Assembly (NCBI RefSeq): GCF_964194025.1
Contig: NC_134470.1
Coordinates: forward strand, 54,622,001 to 54,686,000
Direction: 5' to 3'
Length of the DNA: 64,000 nucleotides
DNA from: Convolutriloba macropyga
Taxonomy: Eukaryota
Shown: positions 1-13,995 of the stretch, piece by piece
How the letters are laid out: each line of letters begins with the position of its first letter
Position numbering within the stretch: the first letter of the stretch is position 1
Translations under genes and position numbers: made by a program
Notes under the pieces: model-generated
What the model was told of the DNA's origin: nothing
Database searches by the model: none
What the model saw: the letters and a program-made list of their open reading frames with translations, nothing else

Positions 1-369
1 ATAGGGTCCACTGGGTGCCGCACCACGGGACCTCGGGCTATCATGGGAACCCTCACAGTAGCACCCCTTTTGACAATTTTGCCTCGGTTAAAGTTCGACA
101 TTTGGCTGATCTGAAAAGTACATAAATTTGGTGATTTTCGGCTAAAATTCGGCTCCAAACGGCTGAAAAATGGCTCAAAACGGCCCAAAACACCTGAAAA
201 ACCCTCAATGAACCCTCCCGGGGGGCTAATAATCACCCAATAATCAATTTGGTATGCCCCCGGCATCATTTTCTAGCACCCCGGGAAAGTGCCCAAAAAG
301 TAATGCCAAAATCGTGGCACGTTGCGAAATTTTTTTGAATTCGAAAATTTCACTCGAATTTTTTTGAAA

Positions 370-534
370 AGTTGGGTTTGACTTGGGAATCAACTTGCAA
401 GTGTTACCCAAGTCTTGGCCAAGACTTGTCAGACTTGTAAGACTTTTTTTAAGACTTGCCCAGTACTGGAAAACGAAATAAGACTTGGATTTAGACTTGC
501 CTAGTACTGATATAGACTTGGAGTTCGGTACGGG
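370..534. mobile_element. Right end of a GGG-terminated MITE-like element with AGACTTG subterminal repeats
   Basis: Repeated GACTTG motif ending GAGTTCGGTACGGG; left end not identified. Confidence 0.4.
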
Positions 535-638
535 ACGTCTATTTGTTAAGACGTCACCACAAACGGCATTTACAATTTAATAAGGCAGCGAAGTTTTGAA
601 ATTAAGACGTATACGGTAACTCAACTTTATACGTATAA

Positions 639-850
639 TGTAACCAGACAAAGAATAACGCGTGTTTTTAATATTTTTGCGCTTTTCTTTCACGGTAATA
701 GCTTTATGGCACTAATTTTTTTGACAACCGGAAACAAAAATTCATCCATTCGTCTACCGGTACCAGCAATTTATTATGACTGAAAAAGGGATCTCGCAAT
801 AACAGAAAAGAGCCCAAAGGTCTATCCATTGTCACATCCCTCTCCCCCCG
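639..850 (-). mobile_element. Putative 3' LTR (639-836) with polypurine tract (837-850) of an LTR element
   Basis: Minus strand GGGGGGAGAGGGA directly followed by TGTGACA...GTTACA (198 bp) with ATTAAA near its end; no partner LTR in the window. Confidence 0.5.
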
Positions 851-2599
851 ACAGACACGGAGATTTTTTCTCATTCGACGAATCTAGCCCGTTCGACCCT
901 GATTCCTAGCTCCTTCGCAAGATTCCTTACTTAACTGAGAATAACGCCAGCGGTATGCTGTAATAGAGCGCAGCTCGCTCTTTCCCCGATTTCACGGCTC
1001 TTTTCCACAATTACAACGTGCTCTAACTTTCGCGCTCGACATTCGCAGCTACAACCCCCTTCTTTACTTCCTTAACAGATCTTTTTGGCAATCCCCCACC
1101 TCCTTGTACATAGTGAAGAATTTCTACCCTTATCTTAGCGAAAGTAATTGATTATATGCATAATTAGTCTACAGTTCAGATAAATCACGGCCGCGCATCT
1201 CATGTGCTGTAGATGATCCGGAAATCGTGGGCCAAAAGAAGTTTGAATTGGTGCATCAGCATGATTTTGACCAGATAAAAACCCGTTTAGTAGTTCAAAT
1301 TCGGGGTGTCAGTAAGTTTCGTTGTAGCAATCAATTTTCTAGGTCAAGAGACGGCAGGCCTTGATTTAACGGCACTGAAGAAGATGGCACGTAAGAACTT
1401 ACAAAAGATGGTTAATTCGTAAGAACTTGCAAGCCGAATGGCTAGGCTACCTTTAAACTTCCTTGCGACTTGGTTCAGGTCGAGCTCAACTCTATTTGGT
1501 TATTTCAACTTGATATTCTAGCATTTACTGAAGAAAGCGCGTGGGCATTATTTGCTCATTTTGTTCTCAAAACGAAACCGTTATCAAAAGTTTTATGTAC
1601 TCAAAGGGTCCGTTCGCAATTGGGTTAATAAATTCTTGATCTATTTGCGCTTCTCTGTCGGAGCCGTAGTGCCTAAATGGTGCCGAGTTGACAAGACTTA
1701 AAAAAATCAATCGTTTCATTGAATCGGCCTCCCTGTTGTAAAAGTAGAGGCAGTTCTCGAATCGAATTTTAGCGAGCAAGTTATCAACCAATTAGAAAAT
1801 TTCTGAACCATGTGCTTGTGAGCAAATTTTGATTATTATATAGATTAAAATTCAGTAAGGTTTATAAGGAAGTAATTATCTACGAGATACTGAAACCCGG
1901 AGTTCACCCAAAAATTGTCTGGCTGCGTCCATACTCAAATATCGACTTTATATATTTTTAAAATCCTACATTACTTTATCGGCCGTTTTGTTCAACCCCT
2001 ACAACCAAAGCTGCTAATTGCTCCGTGTCATCTTAAAAACACCTTGAGTTTACGCTACGTTTGCTGAAAGTATTTAGTTAAGTATTACGTGGATCCTCGA
2101 TTAAAAGGAATAGCCACACTTTCATACAGCAGTAGCAATCAATCAGTGTTTTCCCATTGCTTTTGACAGGCTGGTACAGACTCCCAGCAGTTGCAATTCG
2201 TGGGTCTGCGGCGATGTTACGAGCCCGCGCTTCATGAAGGTCTCAGATGTTTTTGAGAAAACTTTAAGCTCACCAGAGTCAAGTGAAATGTTTCAACAGC
2301 TAAATAAAGGAACTAATCTTTTCAATCATGAGTTTTTATTATTACCTGACCATAGTTGGGAGAATTGAAAAGTAGATTTCATGTGTGGAAAAATCAATTG
2401 GTCTCATGAAAATTGATTGTGATTATTTCATTTTACGATTCTGATTATTTGCAAATGTAGCTGGTAGATTGTCGCAAAATAACTGCGGAAACCTTGTAGA
2501 CTTGTCTCAAAATATCCATAATACCTCATAGGAAACGTCAGGCTCCCAAATAACCTTCAGTTAGCAGATATGAAAGATAAGTAAAAAATTTAGGCCTGT

Positions 2600-5500
2600 G
2601 ATGTTCTGATTAGAGGTCAATTGGGTCTCGGATTGTCTGATCAGAGGTCTCCATGGTCGGGCACCTTAACTTTAGAACGAACAAAAGCAACATCTGAAAC
2701 CTGAGAATTTGAAATTTCTGTCAGCTTAAATGGCCTATATTATCAATGTCCTACATTCACAAAAGCTTAGAGCTAGTACATCCAGCCGAACGTTCTTTAG
2801 AGCCATTTTGATACCATCTGTGTTGCAATTGTGATTAAACACAGAACGGAAAGATGACAAAAAAACGAGAAGAAATGAAAAAAAACCGTCACGGAAACTG
2901 CCTGGCGCAGCAAAACTTTCAAGCTTCCACTGTTAAATACGCGACCCTTACCCCTAGAAAGATTCACTGAGATCAACTGTGCTGCACAAAACGTTAAAAG
3001 AAATAGACCAAAAATCTATTAAAGTTGAAGTAATGAACTTTTTCCATTATTGATTCGAAAATTGATTGAATGGTATCAAATCAAATCGAAAGATCACCAA
3101 ACCCAGCAGAGTACTACATGCAAGTTAGGAAAACCATCCAAGACATGAACAATGACAACAAGAATACTGCCACTGCTGCAAAACGTCTACCAAAATGACA
3201 ACAAAGTAAAATAACACGTACTATAGCTATTGGTACTTTCCTTTCATCAAGAGTTGGCATTGGGTTTTCTCCTTTTTTTCAAAAAAAATTGAGTTGCAAC
3301 ATAACAGATTATTTCAAAAACTGCAAATTTTATACCTGCATTTGAAACTGAGCTATGTGATGGTAAAAGTCAAAGTGCTGAAGAACATTTTTGCGTTTTA
3401 ATACCTCAGCATGATAAGAAGCTGTCTCTGCTGTTCAGTGAACTTGACTTTTCGTTCTCTTTGTCAGTTGTTTCGTATCTTTTCATTCTTTTTCTCAATT
3501 AAACAAAACAATTTTGCAATTTGTTAAATTTTTAGATTTTTCTGTTCTCTCTTTAATCCCATTCCTAAAAGAATTTTTAATTTCCTTTAATTTCCTAAAC
3601 GTCTGCTCGCAATCTGACTGGTTATCCAGTCTTTTTCTGCGCTTGCTGTTATCGTGTTATATTTTTGTATTTAGTGTGTTATGGCAAACTAAAGCAAGGA
3701 GGTAAAAAGAACCACTTATTGCTGTCTGACCGTCGTCTTAGTCTAAAAATTCCGCTCCTTACAACCCTTACCCCATTAGCCCCTATTCTCACATCTCTTT
3801 ACCCCCATAGGCACTTTAACTCCTATTCTTACGTCGTTTTTACTTTGAAAATCTCTTTGACTTAATGGAGTCTCATTTTGTGAAACGAATTAAGCAAAAA
3901 GGTCTGAAAAAAGTATCTTTTTTCAGCCATTGAATGTCTGGACAATGGTCTGGTATAGTATGATCAGTGTCCGTTTCAGTCTGGGATAGTCTGATCAGAA
4001 ACAATTTCGAGTGCACAACAGTCTTGACGATTGTCTAGTTAGATTCTGAGCCAGAGTAGCAGGAAAGTCTGAACAAGGTCTGGGATGGTGTGATCAGAGT
4101 CCATCGTGGCCTGTGATTTTTTGATCAGAGGTCGATTGGGTCTGGGATTGTCTGATCAGAGGTTTGCATGGTCTGGCACCTTAACTTTAGAACGAATAAA
4201 AGCAAAATTTGAAACCTGAGAGAATAAGAATTTCGCTGCCAATTATGACTGCAAAACAACTTCTCTCAACTTAAATTGGGATTAACGAATGCCCTCTCAC
4301 ACGATTGATAAAGTAATAACAGAACATCGGGAAAACGGCCGAAATATATATATAGCTGAAAAAGAAAAAAAACGAAAAATCCAAAATAAGTTTTGTTTTC
4401 TCAAAGACCTATGCAGCTAGTACGTACCGACTGTGTGGCAACGGTGACTAAACACCGAACAGACAGACAAAAAAATCGAAGAAAAATTTTTACGGAAACT
4501 GTCTGGCGCAGCAAAAATTTCAAGTGTATGTTGTTAAATACGCGACCCCTGCCCCTAAAAAGACTCACGGTGATCAATATTGCTACGCCAAATGTTCTGG
4601 GGAACACTATGACCGAAAAAAATGAAATATTAATAGAAATAGACCAAAAAATCTATTTAAATTTAATTAATGAATTTTTCCATTAGTGATTCCAAAATTG
4701 ATTGAATGATATCACTCAAACCGAAAGACCACCAAACCCAACAAAGGTACTAAATGCAACCTAGAAAAGCCACCCAATACATCAACAATGAGAATGAAAA
4801 TACTGCCACCGCTACAAAGCATTACTAAAATGACAACAAAGTAAAATAATGCGTCCTATAGCTATTGGCTTTTTCGTTTCGTCAAGAATGGCATTGGGTT
4901 TTCTCAGGTTTTAAAAAAAATGAGTTGCAATATAACAGATCATTTCGAAATCTGCAAATATTAGACCTGCATTTGAAACTGAGCTATGTGAAGGTGAGAG
5001 TCCAAATTCTGAAGAACATTTTTGCATTTTGATATCCCATCTTGATAAGAAGCTCTTCAATTCGCTGTCTCTGCTATTCAGTTAACTTAACTTCATATCT
5101 TTTCGTTCTTTTTGTTAATTTGTAAAAACAGTTACGCAGTTTAAATTTTTCTCTGCTCTCACTAGTCCAATTCCTAAAAAAAATTTTTTCGAGCCTTTAA
5201 TTTCCTACAACTTATGCTCGTAATTTGACTGGTTATCCACTGGTTTTCTGTGCTTTTTGTTTTTGTGTTATTTTTGTTTTTGTAAGTGTTATATGGCAAA
5301 CTAAAGGAACGAGGTATAAAAAGTAAAAAGAACCACTGATTGTTGCCTGACGGTCGTCTGAAATTCTAAAAATTTTACTATTCTAAAAATTTTTCTGAAA
5401 TTCTAAACCCCTCATGACCACCCTTACCCACATTACCCCATAATCTTACATTTTTACCCCCACAGAAACTTTTCCCCTTACTCTTAGATCATTTTCACTT

Positions 5501-5776
5501 TGAAAATCTCGATGGATTGATTCTCACTTTTTTTTATAAACGAAATAAGCAAAAAGGTCTGAAAAAGGTATCTTCTTTCAGCCATTGAAAGTCTGGACAA
5601 TGGTCTGGTTTTATATGATCAGTGTCCGTTTCAGTGTGGGAAAATCTGGTCAGAGACAATTTCGAGCGCACAAAAGTCTGACAATGATCTGGGATGGTCT
5701 CGAGTGCACGAAAGTCTGATCAGGGGTCTGGGCTTGTCCGATCAGAGGTCTCCATGGTCTGGTACCTCAACCTGGG
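2600..5776. repeat. Diverged tandem duplication of an about 1.6-kb unit ending in the GTCTGATCAG-MITE right end
   Basis: Collinear blocks 2840-4180 and 4450-5770 (e.g. GTTAAATACGCGACCCT, CCTGCATTTGAAACTGAGCTATGTGA); full terminus ACCTCAACCTGGG only at 5776. Confidence 0.85.
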
Positions 5777-7355
5777 TTGGCTGTCTGAATTGATCTGTAA
5801 ATTTTGATGAATCGATGGGGTGAATTCAAATTTCAAAAGGTTGAACTGTAATAACGGGAGTGTCTCAATTTTACAAACTCCCATGTATCATAGAACGTAT
5901 TTTTTCATTCGTTTTACCGGGCACTAATGCGGTTTCAGTTGCTATTTCGATATTTTTGTTTGCTCAAGAATGATAGTAAAAACGACAGCGGTCTCCACAA
6001 AACACTGGTGTTCACTAAGCTTCTGAATTTATTGGCTGGCATAGTACTGGTGGCTTGTCGGATCTTCTGAACGGTCCAATGTAAAATAATCTTAGTTTTT
6101 CTACTCTCGGTTACTGGTTTTAGTTTCGATATTTATGGTCAATTTTGCATTTCTGATACATTTCATAGGTCAGTTTTTATGTTCATGCCACCACGTTTTC
6201 AAGTGTAAACAAATTCTCATAAATATGTCAATTAAAACCGGATAATTTTAGAGGAAAATGACGAAGCTTCAGATATTGTCTTTTGATTGATGTTTTTCAA
6301 TTTTATTAATGCGGAAACAATGCCGGGAGTTTGTTTTCTCTAAAGCTGTCTTTATTGCGGTTTTTTCTCATTTTCGTGCAAATGCAATGTTTGTTTCTGG
6401 TATTGAGAAACATGACAACATTTTATTCGCCATTTGCAAATAAAGCTAAAAAATTCCTGTAATACATTTCCATTGTAAGTGGTGAAATCATATTCCTAAT
6501 GTGTAACATATCATAGTTATAAACAGAAATAATGCTAGCTGCCTAAATACGCAGGTGGTGTCTTTCGAGTGGAATTATCGTACAATTTAGCAGTTTATTA
6601 CAACCACTAGCTGTTATAATTGAGTAATATAAGCCATTACTTAATTCCTTTTGTGTTTATATAACGGTCATCCGAATAAACAACAATAATAATAATAATA
6701 ATCGGTGAGTAACAACTTAGAAGTTATCCTGAATGATTTCAAGCTAATGAAAATTGATCTGAATGGACCCTAACCTCAACCCAAAACGGGCGCTTGAAGG
6801 GTTTATTCGCAGCAAAATCTATCGCATTTTTGTACATTTTAGCACCAAAAAATGCGCTCGAAATTTAATGTTAAGAAAATTTCAGAGCAATCAGCTTTTG
6901 TGATAACCTAGAAAACTGGTACTCTACAAAATATAAAAATATGAGAAAATTTTTCAAAAAGTTTCAAAAAATTTTCCGTATTTTTATACCCCGGAATCGC
7001 TATAAGCAAATTTTTGAAAAGTGAGCGTAGCAATTTACATAATTGCATAGACTGGACAGATGCTGATTTTATTTGAGAAGACACAACAGGAAAGTATAAA
7101 ATATTTACCCAGAAGTTTAAAGTTTGCTTTTTTATTACGGAAACCATAATAATCGAACAGTAGGGACATCGGATCTTGCAGAAACAAAAAGAAAACCACT
7201 CCTAACATTTTTCTGTGAAAATAGTTCTATTTGGATTTTTTCCGGTGTTAAATGGGTTTGGCAAGCTGTGATTACCTTGCGCAGTCGTTATTTCTAATAT
7301 TTTGTTAAAATATCAACTATTGGAGAGAAATTTCAAATAACTTCAGTTTTAGTTT

Positions 7356-7853
7356 CCCTAGTCGAGACCTGGAAATATTAAAAGACCGTCCTCCACAGAT
7401 TTAAGGTATGAAAAGACTGTCCTCGATAGATATTGGGTATGAAAAGAATTTGTCTTGACGTAATGTGATGTCCTGGACTTTGGCTGGAACTAAAACATAC
7501 GCTCTGGAATTTGGCTGGACAATAAAGGTGTTTTGGAATTTGGCTGGACAATAAAACATGTCCTGGAATTACGCTCGCAACCGTTATAATTACTTGTTTT
7601 CAATTTCCTTCAAAGTTAAGGACATGTAGCGCAATTGGTTAAGCATTGGGTAAGATTGGAGAAGGTCACGAGATCGAACCCAGATGTTGTCAGAACTTTT
7701 TAGTTGGCCTCATTTTTGCATATGAAAAGCATTTGGCTGGACTTATGGAAAGAATTAGCCTCGAATTTAGCCTCGACCGTGTAATTTAATTTCAATATTT
7801 ACCCCCACCTGGAGTTAATAGGTCTTTTCATAAATTCCAGGTCTCGACTAGGG
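7356..7853. mobile_element. MITE with perfect 19-bp TIR CCCTAGTCGAGACCTGGAA
   Basis: Inverted termini; TT on both sides; internal about 29-bp repeats (CTGGAATTTGGCTGGACAATAAA) at 7470-7570. Confidence 0.88.
7620..7692 (+). pseudogene. tRNA-like (Pol III A/B box) sequence inside the MITE
   Basis: A-box-like TAGCGCAATTGGTTAAGC, B-box-like GAGATCGAACCC, partial acceptor pairing GAC...GTC(A), T-run just downstream; anticodon arm not convincing. Confidence 0.6.
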
Positions 7854-8769
7854 TTGTCACTTTTATATCAATATGGCGACCCACTATATTCAGTTATGAT
7901 TTATCTTGTAACCAGTATGGCAATGCGGGAAACAAAAGAGCTCTTTTTGTGATGCCAATAAGGTCATCACTCTACTTTGTTTGCGGCCACCAAAAAGAAT
8001 TTAAAACTAGTGTCTTCCAGCTTTTTGGAACATGTTATGAAGTTTTCGTTTTAGGTGCAGACTAATGAAGTAATAAATTTCAGAATGTCATTTTCAGCAA
8101 TGATTTTTCTTCTATTCATAAACTGTTGTAAGATCCAATGAAATATCGAACTTTCAGAACAAACATGAAACAGAAATCAACTGTTTGGCGATCTTTTTAA
8201 ATAGTTATATGATCTGATGTTGTGAATACTCGAAACTTCGCTATGACTATTTCCTTGATGAGTTTAAAATGCAAAAAATCTATCTCTTTTGATAAAAATT
8301 CTCATGTTTTTACTGTGAAAACTATTGTCTTTTTGTTTTTTTTCTTGACACTCAATTTTTTGTGAAGCATTGTACTGAGGATTATATCCGGCTTTAAGCA
8401 AGCCCGTTCTGGGTTCAGCCAGATATTTTTTTGATTTAGCATCACGGTCACATTTTTCATAAACTCGTAAATTCAAAATTTAATTGTTGCATAAAACATT
8501 GTTGCATAAAAAATGTATTGAATAATAATTGTAATATACAATTCTGTTGCTTTGTTTAAGTATTTTGTTAGAAAAACTATCGTAAGCAGTCACATTTCAA
8601 ATTGTACTGTCAGTGTTACCTAAAATGCTACTATCAGAAGAGAAACTGTTCAATGTTTTGACACGATTATATCTCCAAGGATTTGTAATTCAGCATCGGG
8701 TTGAAATTAATTTTCGGAAAAAACCATTGCTGGTTGCCGCGTGATAACTGCGCTGTACAGGAAGAGCTA

Positions 8770-8950
8770 TAAGCTCATGGGATTGTCTGTTTTTCGTTCA
8801 GTCAATTTTGGACAATCGATGTATTTGACGTGGAAACATAGGGGGTATCTGTGGAAATACTACTCAGCGCAAATTAAAAAGAGTTCCCCAAATTCTGTTT
8901 TTTTTATGGGAGTTACCTTAGTTGAAGTTTTCTGTGAACATTCGGCATTT
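8770..8950 (+). repeat. Related 5' block of the same HINE-like family
   Basis: TTCGTTCAGTCAATTTTGG.CAATCGATGTATT...GGGAGTTA...TGTGAACATTC shared with 14750-14910 and 19545-19670. Confidence 0.6.
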
Positions 8951-11900
8951 TACCGTAATTTTGTTTATTTTTTTTTGTTCTCATCTAATTTTGGATGTTT
9001 TGCCAGAAAATTGAGAATCCATCTTTTTTTAAGATCTTCACATTTTTCAACTTTTCAACATGTCAATGAGAAAAATAACACAATCACTGATTTCGGTACC
9101 CGGTATCGCAAGAGTTGCAAAAAAAGAAAAAAATAATGATGAGTTTTATAATAAAAAATTCTCTCGAACTGCTTTAAAAGTGGATATAAAAATTGTAAAA
9201 TTAGGATCTCGTTAATTTTCAAGTTTCGCTAATTTTTGTTGTGCTCTTTGTTTTCTTATCAAAAAATATCTTTAATGAAAGTTGCCAATGTGCTTTTTAA
9301 AAAGCCGTGAATGAAGTTTTATTTCGGATGAGGTCAATGTTTTCCTTTTCTTGGAAATCGGTTGTCTGAGAAGATATTGATTAATTTTTGAATGCCCCCT
9401 CTTTTTATCGCTTTGCTCGTCGATTTGAAGATTAGTATCATCATTCACAGCTCCTAGTTTCTTTCTTGTGACACCAAAGAAATCTTGTCTTGTTTTTTAT
9501 TTTAAATAATAATGGTGTCATCAGATTTTCAAATCCATGTTTTTAATGAAATTGTTTTCACATTTTAGCTGAAATAACTGACGATGAAAAACACAAAAAA
9601 GTTTTCAAAACTTTTTGTAAGTTTTTAAATTTTGCCTTTGCTTGTTGTATTTAATCGCGACCTGTAAAAGAAAATGATTCTTGGGGAGGTTTCCTTTCCT
9701 GATTTTTATAAAGTTGTTACTGATTATAGACTGCGCGTACCTGTTTTAATATAATGTTTTGGGTTTTTTGTTCTTTTCGTTGTTTGCAATTGTTTTCCGC
9801 AATTTACTTCTTTCTGGAAGTAAACGATTTAACCATATTATATTTCGCTATTTCAAACAAAATGGAGTTTTGTCTTTGCGTAAAACAGTTTCAAAAATTG
9901 TCTGTGGCTTTATGTGTTTTCAGATTGTTTTCTGATCTTTTTCAGTTAGTTTTCTTTGGTTTTGGTTCCGAGCATCAGGTGGCTCTTTAAGATTTTTAAC
10001 AGCACCTCTAACACTCCGATAGCAACTCTAAAACTCTAACTCTGACTTTTTTGCTTAACTCTAACACTCCGCTGCAGGATTGATGTTTTTGGTGCCCTTG
10101 GCTGGAAGGTTATGTACGGTTTTCTGGCCTATCGATTGATAAACTTTTTGAGCGCATTAAATGCATTTAAATCTATTTGACAATTTTGAAATATAAATAT
10201 TTTAAAAAGGGTTCAACTAAGATGCGTAATCATAAATGTTTGTTTCATCCCTGAGTTTATTGTTTAAAATTTGGTTTGAAAATTGCTTAGAAGTAGAATG
10301 CAGATTCCCATATTTGTTGTCTGACAAAATTGTTTCCACTTGAACGAATATGTGTTCAAGTGCTCGATAATTTTTATTAATTTTAATTGTTTTTATCTAC
10401 TAGACCTGAAATGTAACTTAGTTTACTTTTGGTTCATTCTATTGAATTAAATAGAAACTGGTAGTAACTTCACTGGTATATATGTTCGTTCTAAATTCAG
10501 GATGCATCAAGTTTTTAATTACAAAAACTGATGTACTCTTTATTGTTTTGTCTTTGTATCTGCTTTCGAGCATATCCGTTTGATTTGCTAGAAAGCCAAG
10601 AATTTGGATGTGCGGCCTCGGAACATTATGTGCAAACGCACATTGCCAAGTCTCCTCGCTAGATTGCCGTTGCGAAGGGAATTTGTGTATACCATTCAAA
10701 TTAATCAATACAGATGACCAAATTCCCCCGTGGTCTTATCAGTGGTTATTTATGTCTAGTAGAAGAGTACTTCTGGAAAAGTGTTAAACGCAAATACACA
10801 CTAAAAAATTTTAGATAAATTTACCGAAACCGGGTTCAGATAATCGGAAGTTCAGGTGAATATCAGGTGTAAAAGCACCTGAACCAAACTTGAACAGTAG
10901 TTCAGGTAAATTTTAACCTGAACGAGTTCACGTGTAGTTACATAAGAAGTTTTTTGCTGCATTCAGCAATGTAACAACAAACTTTAGTCAAATAAATTAA
11001 AACTAAAACAAAACAATATTACAAATTCTAGGGGAAACAACAACACATCTATCAAGCAATTTCCAGCCGTTTTTAAGTTTCCAAAAGACCGACTGCCCTG
11101 AATTAGTTTTATCATCAGAACTAAACTTCTACACATTCTGAGTTCTTGTATTCTCAAAAGGTAAAATCACTCATTAGGTTCAAACTCGAAAGACCTCGAT
11201 TAATACTCAGTTCTTTAAAATTGTAACAATAAACTGCTACCACACAAACTTTATTATTGACTGACGCAGCCTACTTGTAACACAAGGCCACTGGTTGGCA
11301 ATTATGTATGATTAATTGGAAATTCACAAATTCACATATTCGCATTCGTGTTCACTGCTTGATTCTTTTTGAGCGTCGCTTAGAACAGAACAATAATCGA
11401 AAACTTTTATTTAAAAAACTATCTGAGCAAAAATAAGACAGCAGCTTGAGCTCTTGAGTTTCACCTTCTCATCTCGCGGCTTCTGAAAACGCACAGGTAA
11501 GTTCGTACATTGTCTAGCAATTTTGCAAACTTGATTAAAAAAGCAAAATTAAAAGATATAGCAGGTTGTTTTAGACAACTGCGAAAAACCTAGGAACTAT
11601 TTTTTTTTCTAAAAAAAATTTCTCCGAATAAATGTCATGATTTTTTCGTTTCTGCGAACAAATATAGCTGCTACTCCTTCCCAAACAAGCAGGTTTGTCA
11701 ATGCCAAGTCAATGCCATTTTAGTCAATGCCAAGTTGCCGATATTTAAGTTGCCGAAATTGAAAAGAGCATAACTAGATTATACCTTATACCTATGTATA
11801 CTTTTTTGTTTTCCACTTGTTGTGGTCCGTTTCTTTAATAGTTGTGAATTGTGGTTGTTTTCAATTGAAGATTAGAATAAGTTCTTACCACACTAAGTTG

Positions 11901-11953
11901 TTTTTAGCTTAGCCTTGATGTGCCTTTTTTTTACATCTATAGAACTTCAGTTC

Positions 11954-13995
11954 TTCGCTTTTATTTTTCTACTATATCTAAAAACACTTCAACAATATGG
12001 TTTAAACGATCTACTGCTGTTTCAAAACTATTATAGCCTCAATTTTTGGCGTCTAAAAAGTCTGGTTGCTCATCTTTATAAGTTTATTGCTCTGCTGTAA
12101 AAATCTCTCGTGCACTCTAAAAATCTCTCGTGTGAAAATGCACTCTAAAAATCTCTCGTGTGAAATCACACGATTTTTTCTCGGGTGATGAAAAATCACA
12201 CGATTTTTTCGTGTGAAAAATGCGTCTCGTGTGATTTCACACGAGAAAATATTCCTCGTGTGATGAAAAATTACACAATTTTTTGTGTGAATGAATGTAT
12301 GAGGAAATGAAGCAATTTTTATAGAAAGTTCAGATTTTTCCTCGTCCTAATTTCCTTTAGAACAGAGGCTGATCTATCCATGATAATTTCATGCTACATT
12401 GGGCTCTTTTTAGTGATTAAAGCCAAAGATAATACTTTAAATTGAAAAAGTTGGGTGTAAAGTGGTGCATTTTTTTCTTTGTTTTGTCATTTAAAAAGAG
12501 AATCTGGTTACTTCAATGTACTATACGTGAAATCAATGGTGATTTCAATGGACTAAACACCAAACAAAAAGAGCTCAAAAAAAATTTAAAAATTCAATGG
12601 ATAATGTGTTCAACGTAGATGTAGCGCACTCAAGAGTTATAGGTTCAAAAAGCTTCTTGAATAATGCAACCTCTGTGGGTCTTTTAATCATCCCAATTTC
12701 TTTTAGAACACAAGAATATTCTCTCAATTGGATTTTCATACTATTTTGGGCTTTTTTCAGTGATTAAAACCAAAGATAAAACTTTAAAATGAAAAAAATG
12801 GGGTAAAGTGGGCCACCTAAATTTATCTCGCAAAACTTTCATGATTAATGAATGCCAATAAACTCCTCGTATAGATTAGCTACGAGATTGCCGAGCAACT
12901 CGAGGCATTCAATCCCAAGTTTTTTTAGATCAATTTCTTCTGCTAATGTTGCTAATGTGTTGAAATCAGCATCAGATTGATAGGTAAATAATCAATTTTC
13001 CTAGGAAGTTGCATTTGAGACTACAGTAACGTATTATTTGCGCGAAGTCATTTCTTCAATTCAACCTTTTACTGTACAGATTTTTCTAAAATTACAAATA
13101 ACTTTCAATGTTCATTGCTTTGACGTCTCTTCTTTCTGGGTTTTGGCATGAAAACTGGGCCATAATAATGACCAGTTGAGGCATTCTGGTTGTAATCTTC
13201 AGAAAAATTGTTTTCGCAGTTGGGCCATAATTTTGACCAACCCGAGGCGTTTCGTGCCAATACTTGTTTCTACTTCCAGTTCTACAACTGAAGCCCTAAT
13301 TTGTATTTAAACTGAACCACTCTCTCTCTCTCAATTCTAGTGGTTTCTAAGCCAATTTTCGGTTGCTGAACCGAAAAAAATATTACATGAGAAATCATGT
13401 GAAGTTGGCCGAAAAATCGTGTATTTTTACCCGATTTCTCGCGTAAAAAGAATCACACGACAAAAGGTGGATTTACACGAGAAATCGTGTAAGTTTACAC
13501 GATCCTCTCGGGCTTAACCTCAGAATTTTTCGTAAGATTTACACGATTAATCATGTAATTTTCAGGCAATTTTTCGTGTGTTTCAAACCAATGTTTCATG
13601 TGCTTTCACACGAAAAATCGTGTGGTTTTCACACGAAAATTTGGTTGAGAACACACGAGAAATCGTTTGAATTTTACATGATTTATCGTGTGAATCACAC
13701 AAGAAATCCTGAGATTAGCCCCGAGAGAATCGTGTAAATTTACATGACTTCTCGTGTAAATCGACCTTTTATCGTGTGATTCTTTTTAAGCGATAAATCG
13801 TGTAAAAATACACGATTTTTTGTTGAATTCACACGATAAATTTTTAGTGTTCGCTTTTATTTTTCTACTATATCTAAAAACACTTCAACAATATGGTTTA
13901 AACGATCTACTGCTGTTTCAAAACTATTGTAGCCTCGATTTTTGGCGTCTAAAATGTCTGGCTGCTCATCTTTATAAGTTTATTGCTCTGCTGTA
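11954..13995 (+). repeat. 146-bp direct repeats (11954-12099, 13850-13995) flanking the CAC element
   Basis: 4 mismatches in 146 bp by eye. Confidence 0.9.
12100..13849. mobile_element. Non-autonomous CAC-terminal DNA transposon with many CTCGTGTGA/TCACACGA subterminal repeats
   Basis: Left CACTCTAAAAATCTCTCGTG (partly triplicated), right CACGATAAATTTTTAGTG; dense inverted motifs at 12100-12290 and 13380-13849. Confidence 0.7.

Noticed and set aside
7620-7692. Functional tRNA gene
   Set aside because: Stems and anticodon arm are degenerate, and it lies inside a MITE.
10797-10960. Small CAC-terminal MITE with GTTCAGGT repeats
   Set aside because: Right terminus and TSD too degenerate to support.
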